Assembly: GCA_963796685.1 (NCBI GenBank)
Contig: CAWCMR010000005.1
Coordinates: 64,001 to 128,000, forward strand
Length of the DNA stretch: 64,000 nucleotides
Direction: 5' to 3'
From: an uncultured delta proteobacterium
GTDB taxonomy: Bacteria; Myxococcota_A; Polyangia; Fen-1088
Shown here piece after piece: positions 18,793 to 29,205 of the stretch. The translations under genes and the position numbers were made by a program. The notes under the pieces are model-generated. The model searched no databases. It was given only the letters and a program-made list of their open reading frames with translations, and was not told the origin of the DNA. The stretch's first letter is position 1, and the number at the start of each line of letters is the position of its first letter.

Positions 18793-19170
18793 TCAGCAAG
18801 GCAACGATTTTATGGGATACGCCATGATATCGCGGTCGCGGGTGACGAGAGTCAGTCCATCTGCCCCCGCCTGGGCCACCAGCATGCGATCGAACGGATC
18901 GCGGTGTAGCCCGGGCAGCCTGCGCAGTCGCTGTACATGGCGAAGATGAACCGGCAGCTCGATGAAGCGTAGACGCTTCATTTGCGCCTCCAGGTCGTCC
19001 GGCACATCGAGCTTGCCGAGAGCTCGCTTGATTTCCATCTCCCAAGCAGAAACCACGCTGACCAGGACCGTAGTCTCGGGCCGTTCAAGGAGTTGGCGAA
19101 CCCGCGCAGAAAGCTCGCCCGGCGAGGCAAGTGCCCAGAGTAGCGCGTGGGTGTCGAGGAGCAGCCTCAC
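18793..19170 (-). CDS. vapC: Type II TA toxin, VapC/PIN domain
   Basis: MRLLLDTHALLW...SVVSAWE...HRDPFDRMLVAQA...VTRD. Confidence 0.92.
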   Translation of the reverse strand: MRLLLDTHALLWALASPGELSARVRQLLERPETTVLVSVVSAWEMEIKRALGKLDVPDDLEAQMKRLRFIELPVHLRHVQRLRRLPGLHRDPFDRMLVAQAGADGLTLVTRDRDIMAYPIKSLPC

Positions 19171-19436
19171 CTCGACCGTTTCTTGGATTGCCGGGCGGGG
19201 ACCACCGTGCCCTCGAAGAGACGAATGATCTCATCAGGCGTTTCGTCGAAATCGTCGGCCGCGCGCACCTTGCCCTCCCAACCACCCAGGCTGCGTGGTG
19301 TTTCCTCGGGAAGGCAGGAGACCAGGCGGACGTATGGACGCCCCGACTTGGCGATGACGATGTCCTCCCCCGCCACCGCTTCTTCGAGGAGACGGGAAAG
19401 GTGCGTCTTAGCCTCCTGGACGTTCACCGCTTTCAT
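19167..19436 (-). CDS. Type II TA antitoxin, Phd/YefM family
   Basis: VNVQEAKTHLSRLLE...GEDIVIAKSGRP; GTGA overlap with the toxin gene. Confidence 0.92.
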   Translation of the reverse strand: MKAVNVQEAKTHLSRLLEEAVAGEDIVIAKSGRPYVRLVSCLPEETPRSLGGWEGKVRAADDFDETPDEIIRLFEGTVVPARQSKKRSR

Positions 19437-19442
19437 ACACAG

Positions 19443-19471
19443 AGTCTGGTCTGGTCTGGTCTACTTGTCAA
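19443..19471 (-). promoter_or_regulatory. sigma70-type promoter of the TA operon with AGACC repeats (probably leaderless mRNA)
   Basis: Minus strand TTGACA-17 bp-CAGACT-6 bp-ATG; tandem AGACC units in the spacer. Confidence 0.65.
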
Positions 19472-19475
19472 GCTC

Positions 19476-19562
19476 GCGCAGGTCGAGGTCGCCATCACCT
19501 TCGACCCGCCCTGGACGCCCGAGCCCATGAGCGACGACGCCCGCATGATTCTGAATTCGTAA
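19476..19562 (+). pseudogene. 3'-terminal fragment of a DUF59/SufT (PaaD-like) gene
   Basis: AQVEVAITFDPPWTPEPMSDDARMILNS* resembles the DUF59 C-terminal motif; no 5' part is present. Confidence 0.65.
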
Positions 19563-19570
19563 GCCCGGCG

Positions 19571-19619
19571 TGGCTCACGGGAGCTGGGAGTAGGTCACGG
19601 GGTTCGGGTAGTTGCCGGT
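19571..19619. repeat. 49-bp direct repeat, right copy (GH8 gene 3' end)
   Basis: Identical to 18718-18766; encodes TGNYPNPVTYSQLP* on the minus strand. Confidence 0.95.
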
Positions 19620-22600
19620 CAGGAAGAGGTCGGAGTAGACGCCCAGGGATTCCTGGAAGTACCGGTCGTTCTCGAGCGTGGTCGAGATCGCTTCCTCGAC
19701 GGCCTCGCGCCGGATATCCGGGGTCGTGGTGCCGCCGTCGTCGAACAGGCTGACGTAGCTGCACATGCCCATGTTGACCGTGTAGCCGTTGTGCCCGATG
19801 GCCGGATCGCAGTTGGTCACCGTGCCGCTGCCGTTCAAGCTGTCGCAGATCGACGAGAAGCGATTGGCGTTCGTGGCCACGGGATTCTTCTTGTAGAAGT
19901 TGGTGAAGAAGTCCTGGGTGGCGTCGATCTTGGCCCGCATCTGGGACTTCTGTGAATAGTGCGTCGACGAGTTCGCCGCGTTCTCGGGTAGCGAGGTGTT
20001 GTCGCCGAACCACGCGGCGTCGATACCCTCGCGCCACAGGCCACGCAGCTCTTCGTAGGTACCCTCGGACGCCGTGGCGCAGGGGGAAGCGATGGAGCCA
20101 ACAGCACCGATGAGGCCCGGATTGACCCCGGCCGCGTCGTAGCATTGCTCCAGCATCTTGTAGACCGTCTGCGCGGCCCGGTACCAGAAGTCCTTGTGGC
20201 TTTGGCCGTTAGAGGCCTGGCTGCCGGAGGCATGCTGGGCGAGGAAGTCGCCGAACACCCTGAAATAGCCCGGCGGGTAGTAGTCGAGTCGGATCTTGAT
20301 GTCCTGGCCCTTGTCATACACACAAGGTTTGCCCGGCTGCCCGGAACAATCCTTGCTGTCGGTGTCTCCGATGGACGGGTAGTTGTATTGGCCGTCGTAG
20401 GCCGCGTCCACCTCGCACTCCATCTTGGTCAGCCAGTCGACGGCGGCATCCGTCCAGGTACCGGAAGACTGCGGCGGCTTGTCGTTCGGCCACTGCAACG
20501 CCGCATAGACGAGACCGATGGCGATGTCCACGTCACCGTCGAAGGCGCTGTCGCCGATGCCACCGCAGCTATCGCCGGCCGAGGTGTCGCACGGCTTGTC
20601 CAGTGGACGACAGACTGCCCGCTCCCTGCCACTCCCAGCCCATGAGCCCGCCACAGTACTTCTTCGCAGTCTGCGAAAGGTAGTGCCGGACGAAGAGCCA
20701 GAGCTTGCCCACCAAGTCCTTGTCGCCGACAGCGGCAGCGATGGCCATGCCGTAGCCCTGGCCCTCGCTCACGGTTTCTGGCGGATCGGTGTGCACCCGC
20801 GCGGCGTCGGGGTCGCAGTCGCCATTGATGATGTAGTTCTGCTTCCAGATCCCGTAGCGCTCCCACACGAAGGCGTTGAACAGATCCTGGACCGTGGCCT
20901 GGTCGGGATAGACATAGGCCAGGGACGCGCCGTAGGGATACATGAACTTGGACTTGCTGTACGGGAACCAGGCCCCGTTGCCGAACCCCACGGTCACCGG
21001 CGTGGCAGGCGGCTTGGGCGCGCACGCGCTGTCGTTCCACACGCCGGTGGCGGACCAATCGCCGTTGGTGCCATCGGGGTAGTAGTCGAAGAACTTGAAT
21101 TGCGGTTGGTTGATCCCGGTCGGAACTTGCGTATCGGGCTTGCCGTAGTACCAGCGCAGCCAGTAGTCACCCGGGGTGGTCGGGAAGCCGGTTCTGGGCG
21201 TGACCGTGTTCCATTCCGTGGGGCTGCGAGTCTTGTCCACAGCACGCCAGGTGGTCGTGGCGGTGAACGACGAATCCGGCACCGGACACTCGAACCACGG
21301 CCGGTCCTGCTCGCGCCAGCAGATCACCTTGAGCGCGCTCGCTCCCGTGACCTCCATCTCGATCCACTTGGGCATGAACTCGGGCTTGGGGAAGAAGGTG
21401 AAGGTCTTCTGCCCGGCCCAGATGTAGCGGAAGTGGATGGTGTGGTAGCTCGGTGGCTGGGGCGGGTTGCACGGATCCACAGCCACGGTGCTGCCCGCGC
21501 AGCCCGGCCCGGGGTTCGAGGTGTAGACGAAGTAGCTGTTGGGCTGCAGCGACCAGTCCATGCACACGGTGGCAGAGGGTGGGCTCTTGTTGTCGGGCGC
21601 GCCGGCGTAGCCGATCCAGAGCTCGGTGGTGGTTCCGCGCGCCGGAAGCTGGATGCCGTTGGTGTAGAGGTTCTTGGATTCGTCGGGGTAGCGAAAGACG
21701 ATTGACGGCGCGGTGCCCGTCGCTGGCCAATCGGCGTTGGGAATCAGGACGTAGTACCAGGGACAGGTGCCATCCTGGAACTCGAGCATGGCGGTGAGCT
21801 CGCAACTGCCCACGCCCGTCACCTTGAGGCTCGACGGATAGGGAGGCGGCGTGAAGCCGAGCTTGGTCGCCAAGTCGACCGGGCAGGCCGAACCGGCGTA
21901 AGGTGTCGCCGGATTCGTCGGATCGTTCCACGGCCAACGGAAGTGGACCTTGGTGTAGCCCGTGGGCGGAGTTTCGTCCGGCGGGGTTCCGACCTTGCAA
22001 GCCGGGGCGGTCAAGGTCGTCGGGTCGGAAGTAAGGTGGAACTTTCCGCTGCTGTAGTCGGTGGCCAGCGCACTGCTCGATCCGGTGTCCTCGATCCAGA
22101 ACTCCTTGCTGCTGTTCACCGAGGTGATGCTGATGGGACCCGAGGGATTGCCCGCCGGGCACATGTCGGCGCCGACGGCTTGAATCTCGATGGTGGTCGT
22201 GGTCTTGGGAAGGCAGACGGAATAGTAGGTGCAGGGGGGATTGCCGTTGATGTCGGTGGCTACCATCCAGTCGAGCGCCGTACTTCTGGTAGCCGCTCGT
22301 ATCGATCACGACAACTTCGAGCGGCGGTGTCGAAAGCGTGCCAAGCGTGGGCGTAACCCCCTTGGACCACACGTCGCGCACGTGCACCCGCACCTGCCCT
22401 GCCGGGCATACCAGCGTTTCCTGAGGCGGCGGCAGATCCACCGGCCTGGCCACGTCTGGAGCGGCGTCCGGAGTGGTAACCACCGCCGCATCCGGCGGCG
22501 GCTCGGCGCCAGGTGGAAGAGGATCGTCAGGCACCGCGCTGTCGGGAAGCCCCCCGAGAGTCACCGTGCCGCCAAAAACCCCCGTAAGCCCCGCATCGGG

Positions 22601-22753
22601 TGGCGGGGGAGGCGGCGGCACGACGGGCGGATCGATGACCACGACCGTGGGCTTGCCCGACTCCAGCAGAAGGTGTGAGTTGCAACCAACCAGCGCTCCG
22701 ACCAAGGTCATGGCGATCAACCCGACCAAATGCTTCTGCGTGTTGTGCTTCAT
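19575..22753 (-). pseudogene. Large lipoprotein with C-terminal glycoside hydrolase family 8 domain; two frameshifts (~22261, ~20620)
   Basis: Lipobox LVGC; TVSEGQGYGM, LMGW and SAFDGDVDIA GH8 motifs spread over three overlapping ORFs; may be intact in vivo. Confidence 0.75.
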
Positions 22754-23260
22754 GGGATCAGTCCGGTGCCAAAATCGCTGGGTAGCCGCGGAGAAACCGC
22801 GAAAAACCGAAGAATGTTATCACATGCTTGCAGGTAAACGATGGCCGAGCAGGGAAGCGAGCGAGGGCGTCTGCCACAGGCCCGCGTCACGCTCTGACGT
22901 CATCTACGATGGTCTCGGCGCCGTCCGAGATCAACCAACAATGAAGCCCGAACACGTGAGACAAATCACAATTCTCGTCACGCTTCAGACCAAGGCAGAG
23001 TCAATTCCGCCGGGTTCCACCATAATCCCGCGATAGCCGCAGGAGGTCGTGATCAGGGTTCCAGCCGGTCCGCGAACCTTAACGCACCGCTTTTCCCTAA
23101 ATCCTTCGCTTCCCGTTTTTTTTGACGACGCACGGATAGCGCAAGCACTCACAAGGCAAAGCGAGAGGCAAGGCGGCCGGCCATCGAAGGGTCGGTTGGT
23201 TTGCCTTCGAGCTTGAGGATTCGGACGAAGATCCAACACAAAGCGGGGAGACTCCAAAAA

Positions 23261-24208
23261 ATGAAGACGAGGTATCTGTTGTCGATTTGCGCTGCGGGTG
23301 CGCTGTTCGCATCCCTTGGGATGACTGGTTGCTCATCGAGTAACGGAGGGCTTCCCTCCGGTACCGGGGGCAAGACCGGCTCTGGCGGGAGCACCACAGC
23401 CACCGGCGGAGCCAAAGGCACCGGTGGCGCGCTAGGCACAGGTGGTGTCATGGGCACTGGCGGCGTGCAAGGCACAGGCGGTGCCAAGCAAGACGCGGCT
23501 CCGACTCAAAACGATACCGCGTCTGCCTGCGGCGGCCTGGGTGAGGCGTGTTGCACGGGCGGCCAAGCTTGTACGACCGCAAACTTGACCTGCCAGGCCT
23601 CAGCCGGTGGCGGCGGCAGAACCTGCCAGGCCGCCCCCGACGCCGCTCCAAGGCCCGACACTGCGTGCGGCGGGATCGGTGAGGCCTGCTGCGGTACGGG
23701 CGCGAATGCCACCTGCACGGCTGCCGGGGCCACGTGCCGGAACGGAACGTGCCGAGCCGCTGGCGTCGATGGCGGCGGAGGGACCGACGTTGCCTGCGGT
23801 GGCATCGGCGAAGCCTGCTGCGCGAATCGTACATGCACGGCTGCCGGCGCGACCTGCGGCGGCGGTGGTGCCGGAACCTGCCGCACGGCAGGCGTCGACG
23901 GAGGCGGAACGACCGCCGACGCGGCTCCCTGCGGAGCCCAAGGTGAGGCATGCTGCGGGACGGGCCCAAATCGCACCTGCACCGGCGCCGGGTTGACCTG
24001 CCAGGCTGCGGCTGGCGGTGGCACCCGAACCTGCGAGGTAGCCCCCGATGCCGCGCCAACACCCGATGCGCCTCCCTGCGGAAACCAAGGTGAGGCATGC
24101 TGCGGGACGGGCCCAAATCGCACCTGCACGGGCGCCGGGTTGACCTGCCAGGCTCCGGCTGGTGGCGGCGCCCGAACCTGCGAGGTCCCGGCCGTCGACG
24201 CCGGCTAG
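23261..24208 (+). CDS. Cys-rich repeat lipoprotein
   Basis: Lipobox MTGC, Gly/Thr linker, five CGxxGEACC...C...C...C modules. Confidence 0.85.
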   Translation: MKTRYLLSICAAGALFASLGMTGCSSSNGGLPSGTGGKTGSGGSTTATGGAKGTGGALGTGGVMGTGGVQGTGGAKQDAAPTQNDTASACGGLGEACCTGGQACTTANLTCQASAGGGGRTCQAAPDAAPRPDTACGGIGEACCGTGANATCTAAGATCRNGTCRAAGVDGGGGTDVACGGIGEACCANRTCTAAGATCGGGGAGTCRTAGVDGGGTTADAAPCGAQGEACCGTGPNRTCTGAGLTCQAAAGGGTRTCEVAPDAAPTPDAPPCGNQGEACCGTGPNRTCTGAGLTCQAPAGGGARTCEVPAVDAG

Positions 24209-24232
24209 GCGAACCTTCGTAGAATCCAAAAG

Positions 24233-24266
24233 AGACCGGGTGGCCTGTGGCTACCCGGTCTTTTTT
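24233..24266 (+). terminator. Rho-independent terminator
   Basis: AGACCGGGTGGCC-TGT-GGCTACCCGGTCT stem followed by a T run. Confidence 0.85.
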
Positions 24267-24371
24267 ATTGGTATCCGTTAATTGGTACCCAACCAACCCA
24301 TAGCCGCCAGACATCGCGGTCTCGGAGCGGTGTGGCTTGCACCCAAGGGGCTTCCAGACGAAGCTGCCTCC

Positions 24372-24983
24372 ATGTCACCTTCCCTGCGTGTCAGCTTGCG
24401 GCGACTGGCCCTGGCCGGGCTCGCCGTTTGGGCCATCGCAGCCTGCGCTGGCGGCTGTCGTTGGCTCTTCGGCAGCAGCGAACAGACATCCATGGACGAC
24501 ATCGAAGCCAATCTCGATCGGCTCATCGTGGTGGCCAAGACCGGGCTCAATCTGCAGGTGAGTCCCCGCTTCACGACCTTCGGCCCTTTACCCGGCGCCG
24601 CGCCCTGGGACGCGCCCGTGCCGGGCGATCGCACCTTCGAGGTGCAAGGTCAGCGCGTGCGCTTCAAGACCGGCAAGGACGGCCTTATCCATGAACGCTA
24701 CGAGGCACGCGCCTGCCCGCTACGCGAGATCTGGAGTTGCGTCGAGCTGTGGGCCACCGGCAAGCTCGGCGAAAACGGCCAGCTCGCCTGCGTCGGGCTG
24801 CGCCTGGAAGTGGGCGCCACCATCGAGAAGGAGAAGCTCGACCTGCGCAAGGCCGACCATTGCCCGTTTCTGACCACCGATCCGGGACCGGCCGAGCAGG
24901 TCGTCCGCGGAATCGAGAAGGCGCAGCTCGAGCACGCCCAGCGCCAGGAGGTCGACAAGTACCTGGATCCCAAGGCGCGGTAG
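24372..24983 (+). CDS. Hypothetical lipoprotein
   Basis: Signal peptide with lipobox-like AAC/AGGC; GC3-rich codons. Confidence 0.7.
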   Translation: MSPSLRVSLRRLALAGLAVWAIAACAGGCRWLFGSSEQTSMDDIEANLDRLIVVAKTGLNLQVSPRFTTFGPLPGAAPWDAPVPGDRTFEVQGQRVRFKTGKDGLIHERYEARACPLREIWSCVELWATGKLGENGQLACVGLRLEVGATIEKEKLDLRKADHCPFLTTDPGPAEQVVRGIEKAQLEHAQRQEVDKYLDPKAR

Positions 24984-25055
24984 CGCGCTGGTTCCACGTC
25001 GACGAATTGGGCTGGTTTCCCGGCCCTCGAATGGTGTACTGCTCAGACTACGACC

Positions 25056-26834
25056 GTGGCAGAACTTGGCACATCCATCGCGGGTACGGGCGACGCAGCC
25101 GCCACCCTGGCGTCCGTCGACGGTGCCGTCGCGGAGCTGCGCAAGCTCGTCGCCCAAGGTCCGGCGCACAGAGGCACGTGCGAGGAGAGGCTGGCCGACC
25201 TGCGCCGGCTGTGGCTCGCGCGGGCCGAGACGTTTTCGCCGAACGCCCTCTCGGCTCTGCGCGAGATCGCAGCCCTGCTGCGCCAACGGACGACGCGCGA
25301 CGAGCACCTGGCCAAGGCCAAGTCCGTTCTCAAGGACGTGTTCGGCTATCGCTCGTTCCGGCCCGGCCAGGAAGACATCATCGCCACCGTGCTCTCGGGC
25401 CGCGACTGCGTCGGAGTCATGCCCACCGGCGCGGGCAAGTCGCTGACCTTCCAGATCCCGGCGCGCATCCTGGGCGGGACCACGCTGGTCATCTCGCCGC
25501 TCATCGCCCTGATGAAGGATCAGGTCGACGCGGTCAACGAGGTTGGCCTGCGCGCCACGTTCATCAACTCCAGCCTGTCCCCGGAGGACAGGCGCGAACG
25601 CGTGGCGCGTGCAGTACGCGGCGAGTACGAGCTCATCTACGCCGCGCCCGAGGGCATCGAGGCCTCCCTCGGCGCGCTCTTCGGCCGCATCAAACCCCGG
25701 CTGGTGGCCGTCGACGAAGCCCATTGCATCAGCCAGTGGGGCCACGATTTCAGGCCCGCCTACCGCAACCTGCTCGGGCTCAAGTCGCGCTTCAACGACC
25801 CGCCCATCCTGGCCCTGACCGCCACCGCCACCGCCGAGGTCACCCGCGACATCATCGAACAGCTCGCCATGCGCGGGCCGGCCTCGTTCCGGGGCAGCTT
25901 CTTTCGCCCCAATCTGCACCTGCACGCCTACCGCAAGGGCGACGACGGCCCCAGCGTGCGCGAGCGCATCCTGCGCCTGGCCCGCGCGCGACCGGGCCAG
26001 AGCGGCATCGTCTATTGTCTGTCCCGCAAATCGACCGAGCAGACCGCGGACTACCTGCGCGAGCACGGCGTCTCCGCCCGCGCCTACCACGCCGGCATGG
26101 AAAGCGACGCGCGGACCCGCGTGCAGGATGCCTTCCGCTGCGACGAGGCCGACGTGGTGGTGGCCACGGTCGCCTTCGGCATGGGCATCGACAAGTCCAA
26201 CGTCCGCTACGTCATCCACCGCGACATGCCCCGCTCGATCGAGGGGTACTACCAGGAGATAGGCCGCGCCGGCCGCGACGGCGTGGCCAGCGACTGCGTG
26301 CTGTTCTACTCGTGGGCCGATGTGATGGGCTACGACCGTTTGTTCGAGTCGAGCGGCGATCTCGCCCCCGAGCTCGTGGCCCGCCACCGCGATCGCGTGC
26401 GCGAGATGTTCCGCCTGGCCGAATGGACGCAATGCCGGCACCAAGCACTGGCCGCCTACTTCGGCGAATCCATCAAGGCCTGCGAGCAGTCTTGTTCGGT
26501 GTGCGCGGGCTGGGACGTGGTCGCGCAAAGCAAGCCGGTCCCGCGCAAGCCGGCGAAGAGCCGAACCGGGGCCCGGCCGCTGCCGCCGGTGCCGCCTCCG
26601 GCCGGCCCGGCCGGCGACGAGGAAAACCTGTTCCTCGCGCTCAAGGCCCTGCGCCGTCGCATCGCCGACGCGCGCAAGATGCCGGCCTACATCGTGTTCA
26701 GCGACGCCACGCTGATCGCCATGGCGGAGAGCAGGCCGATGACGCCAGGCGAGCTGCTGGCCGTTCCCGGCGTGGGTCCGCGCAAGCTCGCGGCCTACGG
26801 CGAGGCGTTTTTGGCCTTGCTGCGCGAGAAGTAG
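25056..26834 (+). CDS. recQ: RecQ-family ATP-dependent DNA helicase with HRDC domain
   Basis: [44 protein letters not shown], Zn site, C-terminal HRDC ([11 protein letters not shown]). Confidence 0.9.
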   Translation: MAELGTSIAGTGDAAATLASVDGAVAELRKLVAQGPAHRGTCEERLADLRRLWLARAETFSPNALSALREIAALLRQRTTRDEHLAKAKSVLKDVFGYRSFRPGQEDIIATVLSGRDCVGVMPTGAGKSLTFQIPARILGGTTLVISPLIALMKDQVDAVNEVGLRATFINSSLSPEDRRERVARAVRGEYELIYAAPEGIEASLGALFGRIKPRLVAVDEAHCISQWGHDFRPAYRNLLGLKSRFNDPPILALTATATAEVTRDIIEQLAMRGPASFRGSFFRPNLHLHAYRKGDDGPSVRERILRLARARPGQSGIVYCLSRKSTEQTADYLREHGVSARAYHAGMESDARTRVQDAFRCDEADVVVATVAFGMGIDKSNVRYVIHRDMPRSIEGYYQEIGRAGRDGVASDCVLFYSWADVMGYDRLFESSGDLAPELVARHRDRVREMFRLAEWTQCRHQALAAYFGESIKACEQSCSVCAGWDVVAQSKPVPRKPAKSRTGARPLPPVPPPAGPAGDEENLFLALKALRRRIADARKMPAYIVFSDATLIAMAESRPMTPGELLAVPGVGPRKLAAYGEAFLALLREK

Positions 26835-26850
26835 GACGCCCGCAAGGCGG

Positions 26851-27897
26851 TCAGAACTTCGTGCAGTCGATGACGAAGCGGTATTTCACGTCGCCCTTCA
26901 CCGTCCGATCGAAGGCCTCGTTGATCTTGTCAGGGGTCGTCATCTCGATGTCGCTGGTAATGCCGTGGGTTCCACAATGATCGAGCATTTCCTGGGTCTC
27001 GGGAAGGCCACCCACCAGCGAGCCCATCACCTTGCGCCGGCCGAAGATCAGCGCGAACGGGCTTAGATCCAAGGTCTGAGGCGACGCGCCGACGAGGATG
27101 AGGGTTCCGTCGCGCTTCAGGCAGCCGAGCGCTCCGTTGATATCGTGCTTGGCCGAGATGGTGTCGACGATGGCATCGTAGCGGTTCGCCAGCGGCGCCA
27201 AGGCGTTCTCCCCGCCGGTGAGCACGAAGTCGTGTGCGCCCAGCCTTTGTGCGTCGGCCTTCTTCGCCGGAGAGCGACTCAGCATCGTGACCTCGGCGCC
27301 GAACGAGGCGGCGAGCTTGACCGCCATGTGGCCAAGCCCTCCGAGCCCCATCACGGCGACGCGCGAGCCTTTGCGGACGCCGACGTGGCGAAGCGGCGAG
27401 TACGTCGTGATGCCGGCGCAGAGCAGCGGGGCGACACCCGCGGGATCGAGGTTCGCCGGAACACGCAGGACGAAGTGCTCATCGACGACGATCTGGTTGG
27501 AATAGCCCCCCAGGGTCTGCGTCTTTCCGCCCGTGTCCGCGTCCGGGCCTCCGTAGGTCATGGTGAAGCCGTTCTCGCAGTAGTTCTCGTGACCCTCTTT
27601 GCAGCTTGGGCAGGTCCGGCACGAGTTGACGAAGCAGCCCACGGCCACGCGCTGACCGACCTTCAAGCTCTTGACATCATCGCCGACCTTCACCACGCGA
27701 CCGACGATCTCGTGCCCCGGAACGCACGGGAAGGTCGTCATCCCCCATTCGTTGCGGGCGAAGTGAATGTCGGAATGGCAGATGCCGCAGAAGTCGATGG
27801 CGATTTGAACATCCCGTCGCCCGGGCGTGCGGCGTTCGAATTGAAACGGAGCAAGGGGCGCATCGGCCGACTGGGCTGCATAACCTTTGGTGAGCAT
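26851..27897 (-). CDS. Zn/NAD(P)-dependent alcohol dehydrogenase (CAD/YahK-like)
   Basis: CGICHSD, PGHEIVG, CRTCPSC..C, GLGGLG and KYRFVID motifs. Confidence 0.93.
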   Translation of the reverse strand: MLTKGYAAQSADAPLAPFQFERRTPGRRDVQIAIDFCGICHSDIHFARNEWGMTTFPCVPGHEIVGRVVKVGDDVKSLKVGQRVAVGCFVNSCRTCPSCKEGHENYCENGFTMTYGGPDADTGGKTQTLGGYSNQIVVDEHFVLRVPANLDPAGVAPLLCAGITTYSPLRHVGVRKGSRVAVMGLGGLGHMAVKLAASFGAEVTMLSRSPAKKADAQRLGAHDFVLTGGENALAPLANRYDAIVDTISAKHDINGALGCLKRDGTLILVGASPQTLDLSPFALIFGRRKVMGSLVGGLPETQEMLDHCGTHGITSDIEMTTPDKINEAFDRTVKGDVKYRFVIDCTKF

Positions 27898-28032
27898 GGG
27901 TCCTCCAATCCTCGATGCCGCGTAGTCTGTCGGACGCCGCTATCCGGCGCCAGCTCGATCGCGAAACGATGGGCATCTAGTCTCGGATTCCAGGGGACAC
28001 CTTGAAACGGTGTACTCTTGCGCGGTCGCAAG

Positions 28033-28728
28033 ATGAAGGTTCACGCAAGAAGGGTGCTGGCCTCGGGACTGGCCGGGATGAGGCACAACGCCCTGCCCGG
28101 AGTCGCGCTGTGGCTTCTCGCTCTCCTGCTCGTCCTCGCGGACCGGACGCTTCCCGCTGCCCACGCCTTCTTCCAGAACGTCGGCGTGATGAAGAGCCGC
28201 TACGGTCTTGTCTTCTCGGCGACGAGCACGGCGTTCTTCGGCGGTCTTGTGCCATTCGCCTTTCTCATGGCCAAGGGAAGGATTTCGCGCGACCGGCTCG
28301 CGGTCGAGCTCGCTTTCTACGTGCTCTTCTGGGCCTACAAGGGCGTCGAGGTCGACCTGTTCTATCGCCTGCAGGCCCACCTGTTCGGCACCGATGCGAC
28401 CCCAGGCACCATCGTGCGAAAAGTCTTCGTGGATCAGTTCGTCTACAACCCTGTCTGGGCCGCCCCGACCTCGGCGCTGGCCTTTCTGTGGAAGGAGAGC
28501 GCCTTCTCATGGCGCGCGATGAAACCGAAGCTGGGCTTCGACTTCATGACCTTCTCCGTGCCGGTCACGCTGATGTCCACCTGGGCGGTTTGGATCCCCG
28601 CGGTGGCCATCATCTATTGTCTGCCAGCCCCGCTGCAAATTCCACTCTTCAACCTGGTGCTCTGTTTCTGGGTGCTGGTGCTGAGCTTCATCAGCAAGGC
28701 ACCGGCCAGCGCGCCGACGTCAGCCTGA
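28033..28728 (+). CDS. Mpv17/PMP22-like membrane protein
   Basis: KVFVDQFVYNP...WAVWIPA...LQIPLFNLVLCFW pattern. Confidence 0.7.
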   Translation: MKVHARRVLASGLAGMRHNALPGVALWLLALLLVLADRTLPAAHAFFQNVGVMKSRYGLVFSATSTAFFGGLVPFAFLMAKGRISRDRLAVELAFYVLFWAYKGVEVDLFYRLQAHLFGTDATPGTIVRKVFVDQFVYNPVWAAPTSALAFLWKESAFSWRAMKPKLGFDFMTFSVPVTLMSTWAVWIPAVAIIYCLPAPLQIPLFNLVLCFWVLVLSFISKAPASAPTSA

Positions 28729-28781
28729 CGCCGCTCCAGGCCTGACCCGAGCTGCACCTGCTCCACTGGAGGGGAAGGCCC

Positions 28782-29036
28782 CTAAGGAAGCCTGGAAGCC
28801 AGGAACGTGTGGCATGGCCGTTGGGAGGCAATGACTCGCTTTGATTTCGACCACCACGAAGTGGACCGATTCCAGGAATCCAGGCCAAGTGCCTTGTGGA
28901 CCTATCGGAACACGGATGACACTGCCGGTTGGCTCCTCGTGCTCGAGTCCCTTCTGCTTGTCCTGTTGGGAGTGCTGTCTATCCTCTTTCTTCCTGCTTT
29001 CCTGGCTCCCTTAGACGTTATCGGTCCCGTGCCCTG
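28782..29036 (-). mobile_element. Internally deleted GxxExxY cassette with terminal inverted repeats (MITE-like), copy 1
   Basis: IR CTAAGGAAGCCTGGAAGCCAGGAA (28782-28805) and TTCCTGCTTTCCTGGCTCCCTTAG (28991-29014); minus strand holds fragments GLEHEE..VHKALG.GFLESV..EIK; homologous to 44290-44702. Confidence 0.7.
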
Positions 29037-29205
29037 ACCAACGAATTCAGGCCATCCTCCAGAAGTTGTTCGGCGGCAAGTACGTCCGCGGCTCCGGTCT
29101 ATTGACGATGCGGTGACAAGCCAGGCGTGTTCCCCGACACACCACGGCCACCAGAAGTCTTGTGTAGGGCCGGCAGATGCTTCTAAGCTGCGTCCTTCCC
29201 GCTTC

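Noticed and set aside
23140-23215. c-di-GMP-I riboswitch (GGCAAACC seen on the minus strand)
   Set aside because: The downstream GNRA loop and GACGCAAAGC elements are missing; an Infernal RF01051 search would settle it.
28807-29037. 76-aa 'membrane protein' ORF, and the similar 43975-44424 ORF
   Set aside because: The hydrophobic stretch is the antisense reading of the purine-rich end of the GxxExxY element.
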